A stretch of DNA of 64,000 nt. Source: Eledone cirrhosa (Eukaryota). Shown here piece after piece: positions 63,627 to 64,000 of this stretch (position 1 is its first letter; each line of letters begins with the position of its first letter). Under the pieces are notes generated by a model. That model made no database searches and had not been told where the DNA came from. It saw only the letters and a list, made by a program, of their open reading frames with translations. The stretch spans positions 304,358,001-304,422,000 of the forward strand of contig OZ024743.1 in NCBI GenBank assembly GCA_964016885.1, written 5' to 3'. The translations under genes were made by a program, and so were the position numbers.

Positions 63627-64000
63627 ATACATGCATACAATGCACGCACACATGCATGCATGCATGCATGCACACACGTACACACACACACACATACATA
63701 TGTCTGTGTGTGTGTGAGCGAGAGAGAGAAAAGGAGAATACACACACACACACACATACACACACATACACACATACGCAAAAACACCAACCTTGTAGGG
63801 GACTGTTCCACCCTTAGGGTACCTATCTATCTGGCTTACAGGTTGGGGGGGGGGGGGGGAGCTATAGTCTAGGTGGGGGTTGCGTGATATATGTTACGTC
63901 TATGTGCTAAGTTTAAAATATTTTTATTTGAAAAAATCGGTTTTTTTACATTGTGTTTTCCCCTCCAAATACTCGCTTATATTTCTTTATATATTCTCTA
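62240..64000. repeat. Inverted repeat running off the window end
   Basis: About 62240-62316 (ataagcgagtatttggaggggaaaacacaatgtaaaaaaa...) is the reverse complement of about 63918-63985. Confidence 0.7.

Overview
AT-rich, microsatellite-saturated eukaryotic DNA with no recognisable host gene. The tRNA-derived SINE resembles octopod SINEs as I recall them, so a cephalopod source is inferred. Most listed ORFs are (TA)n/(CA)n artefacts. The window is almost entirely nested mobile DNA. (1) Several Penelope-like element (PLE; RT plus GIY-YIG) families are present, including a young 1.7-kb-arm inverted duplicate at 57916-61404 and three Naiad-type copies. (2) A complete but degenerate Helitron (15995-23925) has a non-autonomous derivative (1018-1505), and both have reconstructable empty sites. 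(3) There are CRE-, RTE-, R4/Dong- and Chapaev3-like relics and SINEs. The most striking structure is about 30 intact or degenerate minimal type I hammerhead ribozyme (HHR) cores, counted by eye. Most lie in short non-coding fold-back cassettes of many unrelated sequence families inserted in (TA)n tracts. These cassettes share a layout: HHR, AATAAA-like signal, ACTC...GAGTRC hairpin, and one arm longer than the other. Several are accompanied by inverted duplications of neighbouring DNA. All calls come from manual reading and translation; no searches or folding programs were run.
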